Assembly (NCBI RefSeq): GCF_009914755.1
Contig: NC_060944.1
Length of the DNA: 64,000 nt
Source of the DNA: the human T2T-CHM13v2.0 reference genome, Homo sapiens
Reading direction: 5' to 3' (one strand)
A model generated the notes under the pieces. That model worked only from the letters and a program-made list of their open reading frames with translations. It made no database searches and was not told the origin of the DNA. Position numbers and translations under genes: made by a program. This document shows positions 1 to 13,001 of the stretch, piece after piece; the first letter of the stretch is position 1, and each line of letters starts with the position of its first letter.

Positions 1-1500
1 CGAAAGATAAAGTAACCAAGAATCAAGATAAGAAACACCAAAAGGAGGCCTTACATATCTCAGAAATAGCACATATGAAAGAGAGGTGGCATTTCAGATC
101 AATAAAGAAAAATTAATTCAATAAATGGGACCTGACACAAGTAGTTATCTATTCAGGAAAAAAAATGAAATTGGATCCCTACCTCACTCCATAAACAGGA
201 ATCAATTCCAAATATATAAAAGACTTAAATTTGTAGAGCAAACCTGAAACATTTATAAATATAATATTTTTATTCCTGTGTAGTTGAGACTTTTAAAAAA
301 TTCCATAAAGCCTCAACAATAAAAATGATAATAGAGAATATCAAAATGAAGAACTTCTGTTCATCAAAAGATACCCTAGAGAAGGTAAAAATATAAACCA
401 TATATTGGAAGAAGATATTTGCTACAAACATAACCAAAATAGGATCAGTATTCATACCATACAAAGAGCTAGTAAATATAAATAAAGAGAAAAAGACAAA
501 AAATAGAAAAACAACAAAGGACATCAGTAGGCATTTCACAGATGAAACAAAAATGGCCAATAAACATATGGGAAGATTTTTAACCTTATTAGTAGTCTAA
601 GAAATACAAAATAAGACATCTTATTTTCACTCAGTTGACCAATAAAAATGAAAAAATCTGATAATAGAAAGTGTTGGCAAGAATGAAGATGAATGGGAGC
701 TCTACACAATGCTGGCAAAAATATGAGTGATGCAACCACTTTAGAGAACAGGGGTTATCTTGTAAAGAAATTATTTTATTCTATAAGTCATTAATTCCAT
801 TCCTAGATAGCCATCATAGAGAAAACATTAAACATGCAGATGCTGAAACACATACAAGAATGTACATGGCTACAGTTTTCACAAAAACAAAAAGCTGGAA
901 ACAATCTAAATGTCAACCAACAAGAGAATGAAAAAATAAATTGTGGTCTACTTATAGTGGAATACCACATCACAGAAAACTTGATGAACTATTGCTACAT
1001 AGCACAATGTGAATAAATCTTAAAAATATGTAACTGAGTAAACAAAGCAACAATACTTTATTAAAAAATTCAAAAGTAAGGACAACTAAAGAACATCCTG
1101 TTTAGAGATACATAGTTACATAGCAAAACTACAGAGCAAAGCAAGGGGATGATGAACACAAAGCCAAGATAAGGCCCCTCTCTGAGGGGAGATAGCAGAG
1201 AGAGGGAACAAGGAAGGAGTGTAGAAGCCAAAATGATCTGAAGCTGATGGTGGGTTTCTGGGTATTTATTTCATTGCTGAAAACAGAATATACAAATGTA
1301 AACTGGTACATGCCCTTTTTAAAAATAAAGAAAAAAGAAACATAACATGGGTTATTGTCCAGTGGGAGGGGAGCAAGGAGAGGCCTTCCCTTTTTTATTT
1401 TGTATCTTTCTGTGATGTTTGAGTTTTCTAAGAATATATGCTACATTTTAAAAAAATGAATAGGGGTTATCTGCATGAATGAGTTATGGGCTTATGTTTT
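1..1500 (+). mobile_element. Old L1 (L1M/L1ME-type) ORF2 3' end and 3' UTR
   Basis: A-rich with L1 motifs (gatccctacctcactccata, aacttctgttcatcaaaaga, ctggaaacaatctaaatgtc). Confidence 0.8.
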
Positions 1501-1954
1501 AATTTTCTTCTTTATACTTTATATATATTTAAATAAATGCCATTTTATGTTTTTTGTTTTTTGTTTTTTTTAAGAAACCTAACATCTTTGTGAATACTCA
1601 CTGATTCTAGTAATTCATGTCAGGTAGAGGCTACCTAAATGGATGTCAGGAATGGGGAATCTGAAACGTAGGTTTAACAGGCAAAGGTAACTGCTTAAAA
1701 ATACACAGTGCCATACACAGACCAGGTGGTGAACTCCATTTTCATGTTAATTTTTTTCCTATTTTTGTAATGTGACTGTAATTTTACATAGAAAGCAAGC
1801 AAAATCTTAAAAGATCTCAACATCATTTGGGCCTATAAACTGTCTACATGGAAAAAAATATTTTAATTATCACTGCCACCAATAAATTTACTTACTGAGC
1901 ACTAATTAATGTTTATTTTTAATGACAAACTGAAATGGCTTGAAAATATCTTAC

Positions 1955-2052
1955 TGTTATTCCTTCATGTTCTCTCTTCACATGTCCTTTATTCTCTTGA
2001 ATAGGCTGAGGCTCTGAAGAACTCGAATTCTGTGTGTTTTCTGCCTTTTGAC
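1955..2052 (-). CDS. RALGAPA2: RALGAPA2 exon ~18 (98 nt): GQKAENTQN...KREHEGIT
   Basis: catttctag|GTCAAA...ATAACA|gtaaga. Confidence 0.95.
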
Positions 2053-2399
2053 CTAGAAATGGTGGGGCAGGGGGGTAGCGGAAATAGAAGGAATGTTTCA
2101 GATAGTAAAACCGGAAAATGATTTTATATATAGGTAACTATTAAATTTAAATATTCTAAGGTATGTAAAAACAGGAGTTATGGGCCTGGCAAAACAGCAG
2201 CCTATGGGTCAAGTCCACACTTTAGACCTGGTCTCTGGCCCACAGAGAGCTCTGAAGAGAGTGGATTGATTACTGTTCACTGTGGCCAACAGGTTCACTT
2301 AGCGCATTTATGTTCGCACAGGGGAGGGCAACAAAACCCTTCCTGGGGTCTTGGGGAAGGTATCTCAGAGAAAAAGTGCCTGTGTTGGCCAGATGAACC

Positions 2400-3150
2400 A
2401 ACAGGAAGAAGAGAGCAGTAAGGTGCCTCAGTATTGCTTGAGAATAAAGATTGACGAAAGCACAAATAACCAGTTTCAGTAATAAAAAAGGGAATATCAC
2501 CACAAAGCCTGAAAACACTAAAGCTGATCATAAGAGGATTTTATGAATAATCTGGGGGCAATAAATTTGAAAAAAAAAAAAAATTTTTTTCTACAAAAAC
2601 ATAATTTATCAAAGTCAGAACAAGAAATGGAAAATCTAAATAGTCCTATAACTATTTTATTTTAACTTTTTTAATTTTTTAACTTGACATATAAAAATTA
2701 TATTAATATAATATGTATAATATATTGTTTTGAAATATGTGTATACACTGTGCAACGGCTAAATTAAGCTAATTAACATGTATCACATACTTTTTTGTGG
2801 TGAGAACACTTAAAATCTACTCTCTTAGCAATTTTCAAGAATACAATACACTGTTACAAATTACAGTCACCATACTGTACAACACATTTCTTGAACTTAT
2901 TCCTCCTCCATAAGTGAAATTATGTTAAAATATAAATGATATTTTAAAACATTCCTACAAGAAAAATGCAGGCAACTGGTAGTTTCTACCAAATATGTAT
3001 AAAAAAAAAGCCTTATACAAAACCTTTCAAAAATCTTTCAGATAATACATTTTCTGAAGCTTTTACTGTATTTTCTTATTTCCAGAGGATTTCTAAGACA
3101 GAATAATTCCCTACTCATCTGATGAGACTAGCATGACTTTGACATTAAAA
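2400..3150. mobile_element. L1 ORF2 fragment (+) interrupted by L1MA-type 3' end (-, ~2650-2920)
   Basis: aataaagattgac...agaaatggaaaatctaaatagtcctata; tggtgagaacacttaaaatctactctcttagcaattttcaagaatacaatac. Confidence 0.75.
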
Positions 3151-3863
3151 GATATGAGATAACTTGTTGATAAATAGAGTTGATTTCTTAACTAATTCAT
3201 GACACCAAAACAGAATAACTATTTCCAATGATACTAGACACACTTTAAGCACACTCTTTCATTGAGAAATCTATTCTTCACTGTTTACAGGTCAAACCAT
3301 CTGTCTCCCTGCTTTCCACACCCTGTTGCTGCTGCAAGTTGTTGGTGAAACCGTGTAGATTAATGCTATTAAAAGTTATTATTTTCCATCTCAGCAGAGT
3401 CGGCAAGCTGTTAATAAACTTTTTCACAAGTCTGGTCAGCTTTCCATTCTCATTTTCAACTTTAACGGCTCTTCTCACAGCCCTTTCCCTATGTCCCTGC
3501 CCCCATCCTGCCTCCCTGCCTTCCATAATACCTAACTTGATGCCCTACTTGACTTCATGTTGTAACAGCCTCCGTCTTCCTTCTACTCCAGCCACTTGGA
3601 CTCCTGTCTCGTCCTCAAACATGCCAACCTTTAAAAAAGTGGGTATATATCTACATATAGATATATAAAAATAATTTAGATAAACAGGTTTAAATAGTGC
3701 AAATATTTCATTGCCATAAATCACATCCTTCTAATCAAATTAAAAAGGTAATTCCCTTGAAATAAATATATTCAGAATATATGTACAAAGCAATACTATA
3801 TGCAGCTTTTATTCCTCTGCCAGAATCTATAGTTCTGTATTAAACACTGAAGACATCATGTAC

Positions 3864-4001
3864 CCTGAGAAGAATCTGAGCACAGCGGCTCGGGGATGTC
3901 GGAGGTGCTGCTGCTCCGAAGGACCTGCTGCTGCTGTCCCACTGTGAGATGGCCAGATCCGGCTGCAGGTGCATTTTCTGACTGTTGACACTCCTCCACT
4001 T
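3864..4001 (-). CDS. RALGAPA2: RALGAPA2 exon ~17 (138 nt, phase 1-1): [12 protein letters not shown]...CSDSSQ
   Basis: gctcacag|AAGTGG...CTCAGG|gtacat. Confidence 0.95.
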
Positions 4002-4371
4002 CTGTGAGCATTAACAAAACATGCAAAGTTACAGTTCAAGTTTTTAAAAAACACATTCACCACTTAAAACAACCGATTTAAAAAATAAAGTTTCAAATGC
4101 TTTTCACAAATAATTTATAGTCAGATAATCTGCATTTAAATGATCAAGTTTCCTACACTTGCTAACCCCTAATATTCTACTCCAAGAGTACCTTTTCCAC
4201 TTAAGTTCTATAAAGCCTTTTATTTTTCAATCAAAGTAAAGGAAAAAAAGCCACAATAAAAGGTTAAGAACTGTAAAAGTCATTTGACATTTCAGGGCCA
4301 GGCATGCCAAGGAAAGAGAGATTCAGGAGATGCACAGAATGGGTAATGTACATTTGAGAAGAACAGAAAAC

Positions 4372-4400
4372 CACACACACACACACACACACACATACAC
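4372..4400. repeat. (CA)~14 microsatellite ((UG)n in pre-mRNA)
   Basis: Direct reading; one interruption. Confidence 0.95.
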
Positions 4401-5625
4401 CCTGAAGGAAGATGAAAGGAAATGTGGGAATTTCTACTGCATTATGCCTTTTTAACAGGTAAGTGCCCAACTGTCCAAAATAAAATGCTATAGTTATGTA
4501 ATGGCTTATTTCATCAAATGCAATGCTGAATTATTCTCTAAAGTACAGAATGATCCACAGGTATTTGTAGAAAACCAATATATATGAGACATAAAATAGA
4601 AAACCATAGCTGGGTAGGGACCACAGGATAATCTCAGTATTATTACAAGCTATATTCCCCTATAGAATGAGTTCCCCCCAGCTCATTTCTAAACTGCACA
4701 GTACACTTTAATCTCTAAAGACCACCCAAGGCACTGGAATTATCACCCCACCCTCTCTTTCTAGAGTCACAGCTTCAGGGTTGCACCACCTTTTACGTAG
4801 GTTGTTTTAATAGCCTGCAAACTAATCACTAATCACTGTCCCTCTCTTCTTACCACCTTCATATTTATCCTCTCCATGGTCCATCTAAAATAAAGATCTG
4901 GCTGTGCCACTCCTCTTAAAACCCACCAAAGCCCTCTCTTGTTAGAGATTCGTCAAACATCCTAGTCAGGGTGAACACAGGCTTTCCTTGATCTCACGGG
5001 ACATACTGATCCCCTTGCAAGGTACTCTAGCTCACTTTAGTCTCCAGTAGTACTAACCCAGTTGGCACCTGCTACTCTGTTCTTCCTGCTGTTCACTCCC
5101 CTATGCTAAACTCACACCTGCTCCCTCATCCCTCCTTACCATGCTGCCCTGGGAATATCCCCTACAGGACCTGCTCCCTGGCCCTGCATGCAAGCCCCAT
5201 TGCTCTGTTTCTCACTAGATTCCACACTCACTGACGTAGTCATGAAACTTTACATCCACATAACTAGAATATTTTCCACAAATTTTAATTTGCTCATTAC
5301 TACTACTAAGAAGAGGATAATCAAAACTCAGCCTGTATTATCTTAACTGGCTGGGTCACCTGGTTTGTCACCTGAAATGGAAACTCACTGTCAATGGGCC
5401 ACCCTCTGTATAATCCTTTAATCTGAGTCATAAGGCAAACTGATGGCTCACCTTAAGCAAGAAGTATGTTGGAAGATTCTACATTTAATACAGAGGATTT
5501 CAACAAAAGGTTGCTATTTTTTCTATCCAAATGAAAATGCATTTTATAGTGTGCTGATATGGTTACAAGACCTCAAAACTATGAAATTTGTGTGATCCTT
5601 CACTTACAAAAATTTATCAATTTAC

Positions 5626-5889
5626 TTTTTTTTTTTGCTCTGTTGCCAGGTTGGAGTGCAGTGGTGTGATCACAGCTCACTGCACACTCGACCCCCCTGG
5701 CTCAACTGATTCTCACACCTCACCCTCCTGAGTACCTGGGAGTTCTGGTGCACACCACTATACCCAAAAAATTTTTGTCTTTTCACAGAGATGGGGTTTT
5801 GCCATGTTGCCTAGGCTGGTCTCAAGTAGTCCGCCCACCTCGGCCTTCCAAAGTGCTGGGATTGCAGGCGTGGGCCATGGTGCCCAGCC
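5626..5889 (-). mobile_element. Diverged Alu (AluJ-like)
   Basis: poly-T followed by reverse Alu body. Confidence 0.85.
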
Positions 5890-6477
5890 CACAGTCTAAC
5901 TTCAGATGCTGGTGGGAAACTGTTTGGAGTACAAGCAAAGATAGGCCAAGGTAGCAAGAAAAGACAGCTATGTTAAAGCCTCATGTTTCCCAGGTTGTCT
6001 TTGCCTTCCTCTTCTTTTGAACAGCCAAGAACTGTTCATTTTTCTACAGAGAAACACAAAGCATATGTGCACATTTTTAATCTACTTACACATCCCAAAG
6101 TACAGACTACGTCCTTCTCACAGATCTATTTCTAGTCTCTTCAGCCTTCAGCAACAGAAGCCAAATAACACCATAGGGCCAGCCCTTCCGGCTGTCTTCT
6201 CTAATTGTTTATTCTAATTATGCAAGATGTTGAAACCTTCTGGGAACAGTTTATATTTGTTAATGAATCTACTGGTTAATCCAGTATCAGAAGGGGGAGC
6301 CCAAGAGCTTCCTAACTTTCTAAACTATAATTGGCAAATGCCATTTTTTATGGATAGTGGGAAGAGTTAGTCTCTGAAGCCTGATGCCAAAAACAGATAG
6401 ATGTTGGTTTCTGGGCTATGAGCAGGAGCAAATAAGAGCTGAGCCAACACTGGCAGCATCTTCCTAAAGATAAAGAA

Positions 6478-6496
6478 CATCGCCATCTGGTGGGAT
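6478..6496 (-). promoter_or_regulatory. CTCF motif
   Basis: CCACCAGATGGCG fully matches core CCASYAGRKGGCR. Confidence 0.6.
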
Positions 6497-7007
6497 GCAA
6501 TATAGCCACAGCACCATTGCTTCCAAATTAGAGCGTCCCCACTGGTCCTCAACACAGCAGACGGACGGAGAGCCTGCCACCACCAGCTGGTCTGCCTTCC
6601 CAACAGGCTGGCCTAATGCAGCTTTTAAGGCTTTGTTTTTATAAAGCTGTCAGGAGGGACGTATCAGATGGAGAAAGTCCAAGCCTTCAGGAATAGCGGT
6701 CAGTAGCAGGGCAGGAGCACTCGTGATTTAGTGGGAAGGAAGGGGAGAGCCACGATGCTTAAGTGTGCTGTTGGGTTGTAGGTGCCCTGAGCTACCTACT
6801 CCTGTAGTTGACTATCAATTGAGATGGTGTGAAAAGAGAATTTTCAATTCTCCTTATCCCACAATTTAAATCCAATTTCCTGATTTGTAACAGTATATTT
6901 ATTGGGATTTTCTCATATTTTATATTAAATACATGTTTTGTATAAATGAATACATGAATGACAGAAACAATTTCTTTATACTATTTTTCCTTTTTAAATA
7001 GTTCTTG

Positions 7008-7024
7008 GGCTCCCTCTGCTGGCA
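7008..7024 (-). promoter_or_regulatory. CTCF motif
   Basis: TGCCAGCAGAGGGAGCC, one mismatch to core. Confidence 0.5.
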
Positions 7025-7374
7025 TTTTATTTAAGAAAGAGCAATTTATGTTAAATCTGCTCTCATTCTGTGGGGTTAGCTGTTAGCAGTTGCTCTTTCA
7101 TAACGAATGAAAATCATTTTAATAGTGATATGCAAATACCAAAAGACAGGATTATCTGATATTTAAAATGGAGAAAGAATTATATCAGTTACAATAAAAT
7201 TATATAATACATCCTAGATCTATTGCATTTTCTATTTTGAATATCACACAATTTGTTTAAATCACTTCAAAGAGCTAAATTCTATCTTAGATTCACCAAA
7301 TAATGTACTCTCTCTAAAGCCTAGTTAGTTCCAACTACCCAGATTTTAAAAGCACTAACTTTCTCGTCTCTTGA

Positions 7375-7705
<331 letters not shown>

Positions 7706-8358
7706 TAAACTATTACTTTCTAAAGCTCCATTCGAAACACCGAAAAATGATCAAATAAGGATTACTTAATTTCATTTTTTTCCACTGAGAAAAGGCAGTG
7801 TGATCAAATTAAGTGTGTAAGCTCTTCAGTAACTTCTATTTTTTTTTCCAGATCTCTATTTTTCACAGCAATTTCACTCACTTTTTAAGTCTTCCTTACT
7901 CAGTCTTACATTTAGTAAGTGGAGTGAGGCTCATTCTTCAATAACCAAAATTCTGAGTTCCATTTATCCCTTATACAAGGTTGCATAAGCAAAATAAATA
8001 GTATAATTTCCTAATTTTTAAAACACCTTGCATGATACCAATCTGATCCTATAAAAAGCATAGGAAATGCATATCAGCTCAGCATCTTGAGGTTTCCCAC
8101 AAGATCAAACTTCCCAAGGGTAAATCAGACCAGGTCCTGACAAAAAAGCACTTCCTAGAAGCACACAAACCAGATGCAGAAGCAGCGAGGCAAGGTTTGC
8201 CATACCATTCCAATATGCTTTTTTAGAATAAGGGGAGATTGTTGATCCTCTCATTACTACTATTACAATATTCCTAAAAGAAAAATAAAATCTACTATCT
8301 GTAAGTGCTACAGATTGATAAATGTTTTAACCTAAAAAGCAGTTAAAATTGTAGAACA

Positions 8359-8676
<318 letters not shown>

Positions 8677-9462
8677 CTGTAGAACAGCTGGAAAGAACTG
8701 TTCTCACGAAGGGAAAAAAACAAATAAAAGAAAATCACAAAAAGTGCCAGTCCTACCTCCCCAACTGTGTTTCTTTATGTAGCTATTCATATTAATGGAA
8801 ACAGGTGGTTGTGACTCCAAAATACAAACGTCACTTCTTCCTCCCAGAATATGAACAACCCACCCAAAATTCTGCTGCTGCCGCCAAATACAGTCCCCAA
8901 AAGATCAGAAAAACAAACAATCGTAGCTAAAAGTAAGTAATTGTCTATTGCTTATATTATTAAAACAATTTTGGTGGGTTTCTAAATCACATAGATTAGA
9001 AACAAAAACAAAAAAAGTTAAATGTAAACAAAATTAGCAATCATGTTAACTTAAATGTAAACAAAATTAGCAATCATTGATAGGGTAAGGAGCTTGTGCC
9101 AGAAAGTAAAATTAAGTGTCATATTATCTAGCAGTATGTTGGTGGGGTATGCCTACATACTTGGATTTAAATTGGAGGGCAAATTCAATACTCTAATGTG
9201 CCAACCAGTGGAGAATATACAATCTGCCCTTGGGTCAGTCTCTTGATAGGACAGTCATAAAGGACAATGGCAACATTTTAAGTAGTAAAGAACCAATGGC
9301 ATCAGGCTAAGAAGCTCACTATCATAGTTGGAATGTCAGGTTGTTCTCAAAGTCACTATACTCTAAAGTTCTTTCACCCTTTGTGCTACAAAACCAAGAA
9401 CAAAGATGGCAAAGGCAGGAAAACTGCAGACCGAGCCCAGGCCACTTGATTTCACTCTGACT

Positions 9463-9658
9463 TAGGATTTCTCAGCCTCGGCACAGCTGGTATTTTGGGC
9501 CAGACAATTCTTTGTTTGGGAGCTGTCCTGTGCATTGCAGACTATTCAGCAGCATCCCTGACTTCCATCCACAAGCTGCCACTAGCACTGTCCCACTTGT
9601 GACAATTAAAAATGTCTCCAGGCATTGTTGAAATTGTCCCCAATTGAGAATCACTGCT
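9463..9658. mobile_element. MER20 hAT-Charlie MITE
   Basis: tttctcagcctcggcac...tttgggccagacaattctttg...gtgacaattaaaaatgtctccag...ttgagaatcactg. Confidence 0.8.
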
Positions 9659-10282
9659 CTAAATCACATTTAACTTCAGTTGGAACTGTATACGTATATA
9701 CAGGAACCAAGAGTCTTAGTAAAATAAAATGTAATATTGAATGAGAACAAAAGCTTCCAAAATTAAATTACTAATAGGAAGAGATTTCTTGTGGGAACAT
9801 GTTCTGGACAAACTAGTGAAAAACTTAAGAGAAACAAAATATAGAAAAAAATGGACTGTGACATAAGAAAACTTTTCACCATGAAAAAAATTCTTTTGGG
9901 GTGTGTATTAGCCAAACAGGGGGTAAAATCATTTTAAATACTTTATTAATCATCTCCAAACAATAGCTTTTTTTGAAAACCAAATAATTGGGCAGTTAAA
10001 ACTCAACAGTAATGTAATTGACTAGTGACCATTTTCCCATGTACCATTCTTACTGTTTTTCACCTTTAATAGTTACTGGAGAAAAAGAGTTTTCTAAGAA
10101 ACATTATAGTCCTCGCTCTTGGTAAAACTTCTTCCCTTAAATTCTATAAAGTAATATGGTATTTACATAGCCATCAGAGAACGTAAGCTTTCATTTTGCT
10201 TTGCTAAAACACAGTATGACATAGTTTAGTACTACAGAAAGCCACAATTAGGTTATCTCCAATGTTAAAAAAAATACTAATC

Positions 10283-10594
<312 letters not shown>

Positions 10595-11365
10595 TCATGA
10601 AAATGATCTTTCTCTTTTAAGGAAGAAGATTCAGTTCATCCTAGAATCACTGAAAAATAAATAGACATAGGCCTAATTATTCAATATAGAGAAAGGTAAA
10701 TCCTTCTGTTGAAGTAAGTAGGCCAAAAATGACTTTTGGTGCTATGATATCTTAATAAAAAATGTACTGTGTGTAAATCACACATGGCTAAATTCAATTT
10801 TAATTGGCTGAAGTACAGGAACAACGTTTCTTTGTTTTGGAAATTACTGCTTTTTGGCACTGGTCCTTTTGCACTCAAATTTCAATAGTATAAATCTATA
10901 TAACTGGTCATTACTTCACATATATGATTTATTAACTCCAAGTAGATCCCGCCTACATACATTTTTCTAGTTTATTCATTTTTTGGAAGGCATAGTAAGC
11001 ATTCTAATACTGACATTCTCAAAACTTTTATGAAAATCCCCTTACTTTCTATGGGCACTGTATAGAAGACACACTAAGGCAGGCATCACATTTCCCCCTA
11101 TTAAATAGCTATGGACTGAAAAACCCTTCTATCCTTCTTAATTGTTATTGCCAAGACCAAAGTTATAGAAATTTTTCTTGACTATCTAATTGCCATTAAG
11201 TATCTAACTACACAAGAGCAATTACTAGCATTCATTGCAATTTAACACTAGTGTAATGGTCAGGCACGTGTGTGATGTGGGGATATTAACAAAGGAAGCA
11301 ATGCCCAGAGGCAAGCGGGAGAAGCCCAGGAACAGTGATGGACACATGAGACAGTATTACAGTAC

Positions 11366-11506
11366 CTGACAGCCTGTGAGAGCAAGAAGAGTAAGAGAGA
11401 CCAGGTAAGAGAGCGCTCACGGTGTGAAGGAGGAGCGGGACGCTTTTAGTGGCAGGCAAAGCCTCAGAAAGGTGGACACAGTTGCTGATAGACTGGCTTC
11501 GCTTAG
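11366..11506 (-). CDS. RALGAPA2: Alternative cassette exon (141 nt, 47 aa, phase 1-1): AKRSQSISNCVHLSEALPATKSVPLLLHTVSALLPGLSYSSCSHRLS
   Basis: ctcctggaag|CTAAGC...TGTCAG|gtactg; stop-free, multiple of 3, phase matches exons 16 and 17; resembles, from memory, the optional 47-aa exon of RALGAPA1. Confidence 0.82.
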
Positions 11507-12343
11507 CTTCCAGGAGAGATAAAGTAATAATTATGTCAGAAGAACAATAGGACCTTTCACTTTATTATTATTACTTTTCTGGGCTCTCTTTAAACATTTA
11601 AAGGAGGTCATTTAAACTTTTAAACTTTAAAGGAAGTCAGTACAAAGTATAGTATTTAATTGTAGTCTCTAAATACAGCCAACTTTCAGTCAGTCATTCT
11701 CATGACACAGGACAATGGGCAATCCACAAATAATTTTATTTTGAAATGCTTTATATGTTTAGCCTTTCCTTCTTTCTGCTGTGTATCAGATTCACATTCA
11801 GGTTATTTGCCTGGACAGACATTATAATCAGTTTTCCTTTCCTAAAGGACAAATACAAAAAGACCATGGTGAGAGAGGGCATATCTGGCCTTCATTCAGA
11901 AGTTGGTTTGCTGAGAGCTGACTGTATTCAAAAGCAAATCATTTAGTAAATTAAATATCCAAAAAGCTCAAGAACACATAAAAGTCAAGTTGAACATTAA
12001 AAGATTTGATATTTGAGGAAAAGGTAAAATCTCCATGAAACCCATCCTTTTATGTCACATTTCATGCTTATTAAATCCATACATCTTAAGTGTCTACTTT
12101 ACGGTGTTCTTATGTTTTCTATATACTGCTAGTCAAATAAATATTGGAGGAATTGAATGAACATAGGAGGAAAACGTGCTTCATATATGTAAAACCACAA
12201 TCTGTAAAATCAGTTTTATTCTAAAACAAAAATATAAAGATTTACTTGCTGCTTTACTATTTTCATATGACATCAGTTAACATTAATGAAATGGAACTAC
12301 AAATGATAGTAACACATTTGCAAAAACCGGAACAAACTTTTTA

Positions 12344-13001
<658 letters not shown>

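Noticed and set aside
11780-11880. Strong acceptor-like site (ttgtatttgtcctttag|GAAAGG) upstream of the cassette exon
   Set aside because: In-frame stop after 4 codons and no convincing GT donor
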